This document shows positions 14,490 to 27,996 of a DNA stretch of 64,000 nt, in pieces (within the stretch, counting starts at the first letter, position 1; each line of letters begins with the position of its first letter). Below the pieces are notes generated by a model. The model was not told where the DNA came from. It saw nothing but the letters and a program-made list of their open reading frames with translations, and did not search any database. The position numbers were made by a program, and so were the translations under genes. The stretch comes from Octopus vulgaris (lineage: Eukaryota), in NCBI GenBank assembly GCA_951406725.2, contig OX597826.1, positions 65,162,001-65,226,000 on the forward strand. Reading direction: 5' to 3'.

Positions 14490-14763
14490 GGCATTCTTTC
14501 TATATAACTCGACAAAATCAAAACATTTCACTTCGGTTATTTTCGTGGGTTGTGGAGTATAGATATAACGAAATTATGCCAGCCATGTCTCATTTTGAAC
14601 TTGAAGAAAAAAAAGCCTTGCATATTTGTCCTTACCTGTTTCATATATGTATGTAAAATTCGCAAATTTCCAAGCAGAAAACAGAATCGAACTGTCATTT
14701 GCTTCCACGGAAATACCCGAAGTGAAATGTTTTGATTTTGTCGAGTTATATCGAAAGAATGCC
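14490..14763. mobile_element. MITE with 59-bp TIRs and 8-bp TSD in PCF11 intron 1
   Basis: 14490-14548 is the reverse complement of 14705-14763 (56/59 identical); GAAAAGAA directly repeated at 14482-14489 and 14764-14771. Confidence 0.88.
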
Positions 14764-17700
14764 GAAAAGAAAAATTTATCTGGATAGCCTTTTTTTTAAA
14801 GGTAAAGTTTTCTTTGATCTCCATCTTACGGTTATTATGTAAGTTTGAAAACCTATTTAAAAGTTGCTCTGTATATAAAAGTTAAATAAAAGATCTGGAA
14901 ATACCTTTAAAAAAATTCTTTGTATTTGTCACTGCTGGTTATTGATAATTTTGATTTTAGTTTGTATCACTTTGTTCGATATTTTATGTACAAAGATTGA
15001 AAGGTTACAGTTTTTCTAAAGAAGTTTGTCAAAATACATTGACTGACTCGTGATTCTCTCTTTAGAAAAAAATGACGGGCGAAAATATCGGGTATTCTCT
15101 GACACAAAATTGACATTGCTTTAACGAAATAAATTTTAATATGAATAGCTTGAACCAAGTTGTCATTTTAAAAAATAGATAACCTGGTGGTGAGTTTGAG
15201 AGAGAAGTTAAGAAAAATAAAAGCTTTAATTATGGTTGGCAAATCCAGCCATATGCATGCTTTTTCTTCATTTCACTTTCTTTTCTATGTTCATTTGTGG
15301 ATTTTATATATTAAAGCACATGCTAATTGTCATTCAGTCCCTTCGTATGATTAAAATTAAAATCGAACAAGAGGTAAGCTCAAGTTCTACTAGCCTACGA
15401 TCTTGATTTAGTTTCTGTTAAACTTATTTTACACAGTTCAAGATCAGTGATTGGGAGAATATATATCTTAATCATATTGATGTCTTAGATTGCTGCAAGA
15501 TATATTTGATTGTATTGCCTTGGCGTGTTATTTGCTTTGTCTGCTCCAGGTGGCTTTAGTTTTGTGTAACTTGTTTAGGTAATGTTCTGACATCTAAATT
15601 GGAAACAATTTACTAATATCTTACAGGAACAAGAAAATGTTGCTGTTTCATTTAGTGTTCTTTTTTTTCTGTTGCAACAAGAAGTGTTACGACCTGTTCG
15701 GGTAAATCCAGTTAAATGCTTCACTGGTATTTTCTATATGTCAGATAGTAATCTGGTAGTAGTGTTTCAAATTGTCATAGTTGCTGGGAAAACAAACAAA
15801 CAAAAAATACTTTGTCTCTAAAAACACTATTTCTATCTAAATTTCAGAAAACATCTTGGCAACTTCTCTGCTTTCTTTGCAGGAAATCTTTTGCCTGCTT
15901 GTCTTGTGTGGACTGACTTAATATTGAAAGGTTTCTGTGCCAATCCTCAAATTTATTCTGTACTTTTATGGCTTAAGAGAAATTTGAAAGTGAACTTAAT
16001 TGTCAATATTGGTTAAAAGAAATGTTTGGTAGTTAAAACTTTCAAAGTTAAGCATTTATACTTTTGTATCCATACGCTTATATATGGTTAAAATGGTGGG
16101 GGTGGATTGCATGGCAAAAAGTATACATTGATATTTATAGGTTAAATACCAAAGCCGCATGAGGTTATGCATATTGGCTAACAGTGTGGAATGATAGATA
16201 TATTTTAGTATCTTCATGTGTTCGGGTTCAATAATACAAGCCTATGTAACAATTGTTATGGACTTAACAGCTTCAGGTGAACATTTGATTCTAGATTAGA
16301 AACAAGTGTGGTGGGTGGTTTGGTTTTGAATCACCCATGCTTTGGAAATGTGGAAATGTTTTTCACAGCAATTTTCTGTTCACATATAGAATATTTTATT
16401 GTAGTTAAACTCTAGGGTTTTTTTAAAAAATCTTAGTCTTCTTTGCAAGTATATGTTGAATCATTAGTTTTTGTCTGCTTTTCCCTTATTACCATTGATT
16501 GGAGGAGTTTGAGACAGTGTTCTACAGCTGGATGCCCAGTTGCTATACTTTTCGCGTAGATCATGAAAACCATCTCTGCCAGCTGAATGATCTCAATTGT
16601 TTTAACATTTGTTTTTCCATGCTTTCATGAGGAAGAGATTTCTACAGTCAAGGTGCACTTCTCGTTTCTGAGCAGGGTAGTAATCCCTCCCAATCTACTA
16701 GACAACAAACAGTCCAGGCAAGGTTATACTGAGCCTTTTGTTTACAGAGATCACACATGTCAAGGAGCCCAGCAGACTTTCACATTAAATTGCAAGCAGA
16801 CATATTTATCAGCTGTGAGACTTGTTTCCAGTCAGTGAACATATGTGAAGACTGGGGAAATAATTAGCTATATTTCATCTTACATCTACCAGTTTCATTC
16901 AAAAGGCATTAGATCAGCCAACAGCAACCACAGTTGGGCAGGATCACTCACCACGTTCTGAAGCATGATGAAGAGCACTTGCCCAAGGTGCCATCCAGTG
17001 GAGTAAGCCAGAAAGCACTGCTTATAATATTTTGTGATGTATATATATGTGTTTGTCATTGATTGTTTGTTAGAATTAACTCTAGAAAATATATAACCTT
17101 TTGTGTCCATCACATGGTGATGGCTTTTGATGTTACTCAGCTGAACTCTCATTAACACTTAGCTGATGAGTATTAATACATTCACTATATTCCACTTTAC
17201 CTACTTATTAACACCAAACCAAAACTGAAAAATATTCAACTTTTGAATTAGGCTTTCGAGCTATTTAGATAACTGTTTTGTGACATTAACAGTTCCTGAA
17301 AATATCACTTCTAATAACTTGCTGCATGATATTGAATAATCAACACATAATTTTATTAGTATTTACTTTGGTCATTCTAAATGTTGCTGGTGTTTTGTGA
17401 CATGGACTCTGGCTTTTGAGATAGTTTTATTGGGGTAGAGATTTCCTTGCACTTTTGGGGGTCGTTCACTGTTGATTTCCAATTTTTCCAACACAAGTGC
17501 ACTCTCTTTTACAACTAGGTGTACTCGACTGTTTTGAGAGCAATATTTCTAGAACAAGCTGCTGGCACTTTGCTTGTCTTTTGCCCTAAACATTCAGGCC
17601 ATTTGTTGGGGTCCAGTTTTCATCTGCCTCCTATTCTCACTTAGCTATAGAATAGAGGCAACCTTTGTATCCATGGTTTATATAGTTATGTATAAACCCC

Positions 17701-20700
17701 TTGGTAGCCACTTTAAAATGTTCAAACAACGGTTTGTTTGGAATGTCAAGGATTAGAACCTTTTGTCCAATCAGAGACTGCCAGTAACTTAAAATCCACC
17801 CAGTTCTTGCTACACCTTGATAAGTGATAGAGAAGTGACTCATGATAAAAAGGTCATTTAGCCATAAAAATGGAATCTCTAAGTAAAATATGTACATTTC
17901 AAGCTATCTAGGACCAAGCACTGAATAAGAACTGACACCGAATAAAAGAGATTCTGTAATTCAGCTCCTTTGGTATCACTGGTGTGATAAAACAGTCCAC
18001 CCTGTATGATATGCAACAACAAAGCCAAAAGTATCATCAATCAATAACTTAAACCCTTTAGACTTGCACTACCTATGGACACTTAACTGCCCAGCTAATT
18101 GTTCATGTCATATTTATTGGGAGTTAGTATTACATATATCAAATAACACTTAGCCAATTCCCACGGCTTTGTGTTTGTAGTTGTGGGCCTAGGCTCAGTA
18201 CCATGCAGCCCACATTCTATATGTTCTTTATGCAGTCTACCTTGTGCATAGAGCTTGAGAAACTTTGGATGCCTTTAAGTCAACTAGGTGTGTGTCTATG
18301 TATAGGGATAAATTTTAAGAGTTACTATTTCCTTGATGATAAGTTGTAACTATTTCTAATAAACGTTTAAGGATCATTGGTATTGTTCATTTGAAGTGTG
18401 TGTGAATCCTATACAAGCTAAGGTAGGTAAGTACACACTTGAATGGTTCTAGTTTGTGTTATGGTTTGAGTATCAACCATTTAACAAAATTGAATTTTCC
18501 AGAACTAGATTAAATTGGCTGTGTTCAACAAATTTTATCCCTAGTAAAACTTTAATCATTTGGGTGTGTATTTCACTCTTGCTTTTTGTGGAGTTGGGAA
18601 GCAATATGCATTTTGTATGTGTGTATTGAAGGTGCTTGGTATTGATTCTCATGTTTTGATGAATGTTCAAGTAATTTTTGTGGGCATGTGAACTTTTGTG
18701 TGAGTATGGCATGATGGCGTATATGACAGTAATATTCTTTATTTTGTTGAAAATATAAATTAAGTGCATTTGTGATAAGGGGTTACACTTGTTTTTATCC
18801 AATAAGTTTGGATTTTGTATGTGCAAACACAGATACATATGTAAATTAATAAACTCAAAACTTATCTTAATTACACTTGTGTGTAATTTTCTTTTTTCTC
18901 TTTCTCTTTTTTTTTTTTTTTTTTTCCAGACAGGATGGTGACTCAGTAGTAGAGTGCTGGCAGTTGGGGTTATATTATTACTATTAGTATCACAAGAATG
19001 AATGCATTAATTAGTTTATGAAGTACGATAATTACATATCAGAGGTATTGATTAGTTATGCTGTAAATTTTACCCAATAGATTATTTATGAATGGCTGCC
19101 GCTCCATCCAGTAAATAATTGTTCATAATTTTAGTCTTTAGCTTGATGAAGAAATGGCTGAAGAAATTTTCTCCCTTGAAATTATTTTATCATATATAAC
19201 TCAAAATGTGATTTCCATTTACTACGGAATCATTTTGTTTAACCGTGGGTTACTGTGAAAATATCTCAAAATGTTAAATCAGTATCTCAGTAAAGGTAAA
19301 ATTGAGTATTAATACAAATTAAGAACTTTTCATTGTAGTAAAGGTACCCTCCTTGGACAACTCATGGGCTATCTGTTCTGTTAATAAAAAGTATGTCCAG
19401 ATAGATTGCTGATGTATTAATAACTTGTCTTTGAAACAGCAATAAACAAAAGTTTATAATTATTGGCCACTTGAACCTTAAATTTACTGTCTTGAATTAC
19501 AGTATCGGAACAAAAAACCCGTGAAGCATAATGTGTGTGTCTAAGCATGTAATGCAGATAAAAAAAAATAAATGATTAATGGGTTATCTTTGAGTAGAAA
19601 TAAAATGAATTTCATTTGAATTGGCTGCTTTTACACTCTCTTACCCTGAGAAGCTACATCATCTCAAGCTGGATTCAGCAAAAGTATCAAGAAATTTCAG
19701 CTGGCGTTTGTTGAACAGTTAGAAACTGTATTAGTTTATAAGAATAAATTATTGCCAGTCAATATGTCTTGCCTTCTGAGTACTTAACATGCAAGTTTGT
19801 TTTGTTTTTATCATAAATGAAGTTTCAATTTTGAACAGATGCAGGTTTAGTTGATCAAGTTGGCTGGCAGCATGTTTTTCAAAAATTTCTATTTTTAAAT
19901 AATTAGCTTACTTTTGATGCTAATTAATTATTATTTTAACATATTGTGATTATAAAATTTGAAGTTTATGTCGCCAACTTTCTCTAAACTTGTTTCTTTC
20001 ACTCTTGAGAGGTTCCCAAATCAATTAGATGGTTTACTGTGAAATGAATGTTCTTTATAAGAGTTATTGTAACAACAACTCTGAATAATTTTATGTTTGC
20101 TGCTAATGTTGGTAATTCATTTAATAATACAAAATCTGATATAAATTAACATGTATTTTAATTGCAAATCATAAGATTGTTTGTTTTGTGTTGTTACAAA
20201 ACTCTTTGCCATCTATTTTGGGAATCTTTATTGGGTTTATTTTGCCTTAAACTGGCTAAGTTGTATCAATGGAATCCATTCATTTTGCAAAATTACGAAG
20301 AAACCCTGTTGTGATTCACTGGACAAGAATCATTTTCCATCAGATAGTGGAGCTTGAAGAAGGAGCATCAAAAGAAAAGCTGTAGGAATGAAGATGCTAC
20401 ACACTTTCTTAAATGAAGATGGTTTTCTGATTATGCATTTACATGTGAAATATAGGGCGGTGTTATTTCTTTTACACCGTGCTGTAACAAACATTAGAAA
20501 TTGATAAACAGGTGGAAAACATCGCTCCTGCTGATCATTGATATTCTTGGTAATAAATACTTCAAAAATATTTTTGTATCCTGGATTTGTCATTCTTTGT
20601 TGGCCATTTACTAGGTCATTTCTGACCTAAGGAATGTATCTTATAGTAAGCATCACGATTCCTTCCAAAGCACCTGTTAAGTTCCATTCTTTTGGATGTC

Positions 20701-21008
20701 AGGTAAGAGTTTGGACATTTCTTCATACTCTTTATATTTCAATTATATTTTTAAAGTAAGCTGTGTAATTTGGCTCCTTGCCAATATTTAACAATTATTG
20801 ACATGTGAATTATTTCAGTGTATTTTCAAAGTCACGGCTTACTCAAAACACTGAACTTGGTCACGCTAGTTCATTTATATAAACTGAATAATCAAGCATT
20901 CGGTTTTTTCCCCTCTCCCTCAGAACTTGAGATTATGGTGATTTATTTTGTGTTCACATTTCCAAAATATCATATTTCATATTTTGAGTCTGTTTTTGTT
21001 CTTTTCAG

Positions 21009-21137
21009 GTGAAACCATCACAGAAATTGCCAGTTCTATATTTGATTGATTCGATAATAAAGAATCTGGATGATTGTGAATATCCTCAGCTTTTCAGCAA
21101 AAATATAGTTGCTATATTTTGTGATACTTTTGAAAAG
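21009..21137 (+). CDS. PCF11: PCF11 coding exon 2 (CID)
   Basis: TTTTCAG| VKPSQKLPVLYLIDSIIKN...FEK |GTTAGG; contains the CID hallmark KLP.LYL.DSI.KN. Not in the ORF track, read by hand. Confidence 0.95.
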
Positions 21138-21577
21138 GTTAGGATGAGTTGCAGTGATTTTTATGTAGATTTCTAAACCTTAATATTCATATGGGTGGGT
21201 TTTGTGAAAGGTAATTTGGATGCTCTTTAGTTGAATAAAGTTTAGCTTTTTTTTTTTCAATTTTGAATATCTCTAATTTTCAATTCTCTTGTATTGATTG
21301 CTTTATTAAAGAATATATTTCAATGATTTTGTGATGTGCTTTATACATCAGATGTTTTACATTGAACAGAGAACTTAAGTTATCAATTAATTAGTTTGTA
21401 AAGTTACTTGGCTATTTTTCTATTTTGAGTTCTTAGTACTGTGCCAAGTAGATTTGCTACACATTAATTCATTTGCTGAATATGTTTGTAATGGAAAAGG
21501 TTTCCGAAACGTAAGAAGATTGACAGACTGACTATTGGGTTTGTATTGCTAAATATACAGGTTTTTTTGGTATATAG

Positions 21578-21757
21578 GTGGATGAAAAAACCAGAGGATC
21601 CATGTACAAACTTAGACAGACTTGGCAGATGTTTTTCCCTAACCAGAAACTATATGCACTTGATATGCGCGTGAACATGTTGGATCCAGCTTGGCCCATC
21701 ATCGCAGATCCTCCTGGACAAGGAAACATACATGTGAACCCAAGATTTTTAGTCCAG
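21578..21757 (+). CDS. PCF11: PCF11 coding exon 3 (end of CID, IHVNP motif)
   Basis: TATAG| VDEKTRGSMYKLRQTW...DPAWPI...IHVNPRFLVQ |GTAATA. Confidence 0.95.
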
Positions 21758-23216
21758 GTAATAGATATGCTGCCAGCTCCAGTTGATGAATTTTTACCCC
21801 CTTTCCCTTAGTTACAATAAAAGATTAGTCAATTCCATTTTTACTAACCTATTACGTATTGCCTTGTCATGCGAGGAGTGTTTCAGTTCTACAGAATTTT
21901 GTTGCAGTAAATTAGCTTATTGTTGAAATTATTGTTCATTCTTAGAGAAATGCTTTTCCAAATTTTCATTTTGCTTCATGGAAATTTCTTATATGTATAT
22001 ATATTTTTTTTTACTGTGGTTGCATTTAATCTGTTAATCCATAATTTATCCAAAATCATTCCTTAGTGTATATGTACCTGTTTTATGAGGTCAAAGCTTC
22101 ATAACGGTTTGTTAGGTTTTCCCCAACTGGGATCGTGTATTAAAATACAAGTTGTCGCAATTTTATTTATAAAGTGTATTTTTTTAATTAACCTCCATTT
22201 TGAGAGTGTTTATCTGGTAAAATGTTTAGTTGTTGCCATTTGGTTTTCGGAAGGTACTGCTGCAGCAGTAATGTACTGGAGTGAGTCACAGATTTTTGTG
22301 GCCTTTTAAGTAGTCTATTTAATCAACAGAATATTTATGAATAGGTAGATGGAGGGTTTTTTTGTAAAAGAGTATAAGTGAAAGGTTGCTTCATTATTCA
22401 GAACATACTGATTTCTTTTATTAGCTTAATTATTATGCAGTATTTGCCATATAATTTTCTAGTGCATCTAGAATCAAAGAATTCTTCCTTTCATTTTGTC
22501 ATTAGTAAGTGGTTTGAATTCGTATTTTTCTCTGTAAATTTAACTTTGTTTAGAATTGATTTGAGGTATTTATACTCTTTAGTCACCATGGTAATAAGTT
22601 AGGTGTTGTGTTTTACTGCATAGAGCCAGGAAAAAAATTTTTCTTACTCAGAAGAATATGTATACAAAATAAGTCCTGTCATCATCCAACTTCCCTTTCC
22701 CATTTTGTCTGCTGCCTGTTTTTTCTATGTATATATAAATTGTTTGCTTCATATTTTACCCATCTTAAGCAGCACAATTAAGATTTAGAGTTCAAGCTAA
22801 TTGAATATCTCATTTGTCCATTTCCATGGAAATAAACACTTCATGTTCATTTCAGTTGGTTTTAATAGACTTATCTCATTCAGATTAACTGGTTTGATTT
22901 TTTTTTTTTTCAAGTAGTATCCTTTTCATTTCCTCCACTTGATAAGTATTTGAAGTTATTCTAAAAGGTTGGGCAGTAAGTTTGTTTTTTGAAAGACAAT
23001 GGTTTATAAAGGATGGTAGTAATAAAAATTAGGTATTTTCATTTGTGATTATCTTGATGGTCTCTATATTTATTAAATTAGCTACTGTCCATACAAATTT
23101 GAAACGGCAAGTTTCACAAATAAGATCATTGCTAATTTCAATAAAACTTGACATTTTATTAACCTATCGAATGTTCAGTAGTCAGGCAGCTAATTAATGC
23201 TGTCTTTTCTGAACAG

Positions 23217-23375
23217 AAAGAGGAAGAAAGAAAACCTGTTGAGCAACCAGAAACTTTGATGAGAAAACAGTTGATAGCTAAGCAGCAAGAATTACTGGGA
23301 ATATTGCAGCAGCAGGTGGACCATGACTCAACAGAGCCTTCAGCTAATTCACCAGAACGTATCAACAAGCACCAG
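23217..23375 (+). CDS. PCF11: PCF11 coding exon 4 (Q-rich helical segment)
   Basis: CTTTTCTGAACAG| KEEERKPVEQPETLMRKQLIAKQQELL...KHQ |GTAATG; phase 0-0; resembles the vertebrate 'LIRQQLLAKQKQLLEL' helix. Confidence 0.88.
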
Positions 23376-23794
23376 GTAATGGTGTGCTGGGTTCTATTTT
23401 TCCAAACAGAAAATTGCGACTACTAGGGTGTGGGGTTTTTTTTTTTTTTTTTATGCAGTGTTTTTGTTTTTAATTTATACAATAATAGGGACCCCTTTCA
23501 TTTTATATGGTAGGTATGGATTAAACTTTGAAATAATCTAGGTTGAGGTTCCCCATTCCTAAGAAGCATGCATGTTATATAATGGGTTGTATTGTTTGTA
23601 GTTGGATGATGACTTATATACATACAGTATTGCTTTAAATATTCCTTAGATTTTTTTCTATTCAAACTTTGTATATACGTCCCTTTGACTAATTTATTTT
23701 TTATTTATCGTTTGCATTTAGTTAGCTGTGCTCATTTTAGTGAGAAATTAATAGTAATACTTATTTTCCTTCTTTCTTTTCTCTCAACCCATAG

Positions 23795-25380
23795 GACAAT
23801 GACTTCTCTGTGATTAACGATTCATCAAATGCACCAGTTTCCAAAAAAGCTAAATTGCCTTTACCTAAAACCGATTTTGTAGTATCACGTGATCAAAAGA
23901 TTAATAATAGGCAAGATAATACAAGCTTGATACAGACTACCCCTTCTGTAACACTATCTGCCAAAGCCAGAGACCCACGTCTAGCCAGAGATCCGCGCTT
24001 AGCATCTAGAGATCCTAGGATTCAAACTATTAGTCGCAAAAACAAAGAGGAGTCTAATAACACGGGAGCAGCTGAAAAGGAGTCTGCAAATACAAACACT
24101 CTTGTTCTCAAATATAGTTTACCATCTAATATGCATAATTTCGATGCTGGTGTGTCTCCCTGTCATACAATTCCTGTCTCTAGAGACACACAGAGGCTAG
24201 AGATTACTCCCAAAATAGCTATTGATGATTCAAATGCCATTAAAAAGAAATTGCCAAAGGGTGAGATAGATGCTACAAATGAACAGATGTTTTTACCTAG
24301 CCTTCCTTGTGATTCAGAAGTAAGACATCCAACAAGTATTTCTTCAGTTCCTGATAGACTTTTAGGTAAAACCAATTCTGGAAATTTCATGGAATTAAGT
24401 GCCACTGAAGATTCAAGGTTTTCTTCTGAAGGCTCATCGATGGATGTGACACCACAGCCATCAAACACTGTTACACCTCATTCAGCTCTCAGTAGTTCTA
24501 AATTAGGTGAGGAATCTGTTGATTTAATAAACAAGCCTATACAGTTTTCTGGAGATTATCTCAAAGCAGATACTTGCATTCCAAGTAAAACACTAAGTGA
24601 AGAAGACAAGCATAGTGATAAATACCAGACTGGTGATAAGATACGATCTTCGTCGAGGGATCGACAAAAGGCCGGTGATGATGGGGACAAATGCCGTAGA
24701 CGGGATGACCGAGAGAATTTGCGCGAACATGGTCGTCACAGTCGAGACTTTAGAGGTAGTCGGCGTGGTGAACGTCGGGAGGATGATACACGAAGATTTG
24801 GTGATAAGGATGAAGATAGGCGTAATCGACACCGAGAGGATGAATATCGTGACCGTAACACAGATAGGTTTGGGCGTGAGCGACGTAGTAAAGATAGGTT
24901 TTCTAGTCGGTACAGAGATCGCTATGATGATGATGACCATGAGAGATCTAGATGGCGAAGAGGTAGAGACCGATCTCCTTTTAGGCGTTCGCCTGAGTCG
25001 AGTGGTGCACGTAATTGGCATCAGGAAGAAAGGAAATATAAAGATCAAAGATCTGACATGTGGAAAAACTCTGGAGATGGGCATATGTCTCACAATGATA
25101 ATAATGACCAGATGTCTTCAAAAGGGAATCAAATGCGTCGCAGTCCAAATCATAGCAAGTCTATCTCTAGCAATAGTAGGCATGATAATTCTGGTCCCAA
25201 GGAAAGTCTTAATGGGAAATCATCTGATGAGAAAATTCTTAAGAGAGATAGGGATTATAGAGAGGTCTCCCTAGTAAATGCATCTGAGTGTGGCTTGTCA
25301 GGACCAACTAGTCAAAAGCAAATTTGTCCAGATCCAGGAATTGATGTGCCAGAGTCTTCCAGTACAAAAGAAGATTTAAG
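23795..25380 (+). CDS. PCF11: PCF11 coding exon 5 (RDPR repeats, R/D/S-rich charged region)
   Basis: Polypyrimidine tract + ATAG acceptor, in frame with the 535-aa ORF; ARDPRLARDPRLASRDPR motif typical of PCF11; ends AG|GTTAGT, phase 2. Confidence 0.92.
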
Positions 25381-25739
25381 GTTAGTTAATATATTTCATC
25401 TTAAACGTGGTTATTAAAATTTGTTCTATCCTCTGAGTCACTGTGTACATGTTGCACCTGTCTGAAATCTAAATTGCATAAAGTCTGGTGATTTATGTAA
25501 AATCCCTTTTGATACAAACTTTCAGTCTTAAGATGAACATTGAAATTTTGTGTTGATGTATCTCCCAAACACCAGCTTAATAATTTTATGAATCATTTTT
25601 CTAAATAAGTTTTATTCACTTGATATTTTACATGAGTATATTTAAAAAATAATGCCACTATAGTTGTTCTCTATGCAACTATGTTTATGATCATTCTAAT
25701 AGATTTGTCTTGTAATGACTATTTTATAATACTTTTCAG

Positions 25740-27712
25740 TGATTTATTTGGTAAAGAAGATCAAGATTACAGAGTACCACCTAGCAGAATGAATGATCAC
25801 CACGTCCCGTTTATGAGAAGTGGTAGTCACTCAGGTTGGGCAAAATTCAAAGCAGATCATCCTGATAACTTTGCAGAGGAAAATGATGCATGTACAACTC
25901 CAAAGGATATTGATGAACGCTACAAAGATGTTGATATGCGTTGGAATTCAGGTCAGAGGCCCGGCTGCTTGCAGAATGCATTTAAATCTCCATATTCTGG
26001 AAGAACATTAGATTCTGCTACGAGAAATGAACATACTAACTTAATTATAGGTGCAGCGAAACTAGCTCAGTCAGGCAAATTGTCTCATGAAGAGCATCAG
26101 TTATTTCTAAAGCAAATTGGTAATTTGCAGAATACTTATGATAAGTCTAGTAAAGATCTTGATCATTATGAAGATGGTCAAAATTTTGATCAAAGGTCCC
26201 ATGACATTAAAAACTACCATGTACATGATCAGATAAAATCAAACAAGTGGGTGTCAGAAATAAATTCTGACGTTAATTCCCACAGTCCTCAAAGAGATAC
26301 ATCCCATTTATTTCTCTCTAATCATCATCAAGATGCTGATATGAGAAATCAAGTTAATGAAATGCCTCCATGTATTGTCCCACTTTCTAACCAACCACAT
26401 CCAGTCCACTCCAATAATGCACCTTGGGGTCCAGGTCCATTAATGCAACCTGATTTGGTAGATCCACGATGGAAAGGAAATGCAGCTGTAATGGATAGTG
26501 AAATGTCTGAAGTTGTAATTGACCATAAACCTTATGAAGTTGTACTCAATGGAAAGCGTCGAAAAATTAGGTTGCATGGAAAAGTATTTGAAATGTTTGC
26601 TGATGGTAGAGAAAGAGCTATATCAATAAACAACCACTTATATTACCGATTTGGTGAGGATACTAAAGATGTACAAATTGATGGTCGCTGGCACAGAATA
26701 CATTATCAGGGCCAACCTAAACATTTATGGATTGATGGACAAAGTTTTGAGGTACGAGTAGATGCACCACCAAGGCGCATTGTTCTTAACAAAGTTGAAC
26801 ACTTTCTACACATTGATGGAAGAGATATGATGATTTTTGTTGATAGAGTAAAACAGGGCATATTTGGTGGACCAACAAGGAGTATATTTATTAACAATAT
26901 TTGCCATGAAATACGTTTTGATCCTCCACCAAGGCAAATTTTGATTGATAGTAAGCAATGTGAATTAAAATTGAACTGCCGTATACCTTTTGTTGTTATT
27001 GATGGCAAACCACATGGTATCAGGTTTGATGGTCCAGATCGGGAAATTATCATAGACGAAACTCCATACATGGTTCCACTTGATAAACCAATTAAAATTC
27101 GTCTTGGCAAACGTCCTCATTTTCTTGCATTTGGTGGCCCTGCACATGAAGTTATTATTGATGGTAAATGGTTTGAAGTTCGATTTGACGGTCCACCAGT
27201 AGAAATACATCTTGGTAACAGAACACACACTGTCATGCTGAAAGGGGCCTCTCCTACAGTAAAAATTCTCGGAGAGTTGCCTATTACCCCTGAACCTAAT
27301 AGACCACAATTTACTTTTGGTAATTCAAATATGTTTGCTCCGGCACCTCTAGTTAATAACTTTAATCGACCAAGAGTACCAGATAACTTTCAGCCAAGAC
27401 CTCCACATTGGGATGTTACTTTTGAAAGGAGACAAAATCAACCAGACACAATGACAATGATTCGACCATCTCATTTCCCACCAGAGAGACCTTTGGAAGG
27501 TTTAAGGTTCCCAACGATATCTCCCATCATTGGGTCAACTTCTGTACAACCACTTCCAGCTCCCAGTTTAATGAATAGTGGCCAGCCACCATTTTATCCC
27601 AACATGGCAGGAACTATCGCTATCCCACCACTATCAACCCTTCCTCCAGGTTTAGGTCCAGTTCCAACACCTGCACCTCCACATCAGTTTCCACAAATTA
27701 CTTTTACAACAG
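25740..27712 (+). CDS. PCF11: PCF11 coding exon 6 (IDG/RFDGP repeats, Pro-rich tail)
   Basis: TTTTCAG|T acceptor completes the phase-2 codon; 678-aa ORF; ends ACAG|GTTAGT, phase 1. Confidence 0.92.
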
Positions 27713-27804
27713 GTTAGTGTTATTTACGTTAATCATTTTTACATATTTATGAAAAGGTGTTGTTTAAATTTCATCTAATATTTTTTTCCTAATATTTCTT
27801 TTAG

Positions 27805-27996
27805 CTGGCTTCGGAAATATCTCTACTCCTGCCATATCATCTATTCCAGTTACTCAAACTGCTCTTGCAACAGCCAATATTGTTTCTAACACTGTACCTG
27901 CTCCACCTCTCACAGTAAATGCTCCTACATTGTTACCAGGCCTAGCATCCCTTCCTTCAGCACTCAACAAAATAGGTCCACCTCCTAATAATTTAT
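27805..27996 (+). CDS. PCF11: PCF11 coding exon 7 (P/T/A-rich, 192 nt, symmetric phase 1-1)
   Basis: TTTCTTTTAG| open frame (A)GFGNISTPAISSIPVTQ...PPNNL |GTAAGT. Confidence 0.85.

Noticed and set aside
15860-15890. Another acceptor-like site in PCF11 intron 1 (CTTTCTTTGCAG)
   Set aside because: Short tract, no convincing donor or poly(A) cluster; expected by chance in a T-rich intron
24593-25274. Long overlapping ORFs (225 aa +, 166 aa -) within PCF11 exon 5
   Set aside because: Expected by-products of R/D/S-rich codon usage; no recognisable motifs
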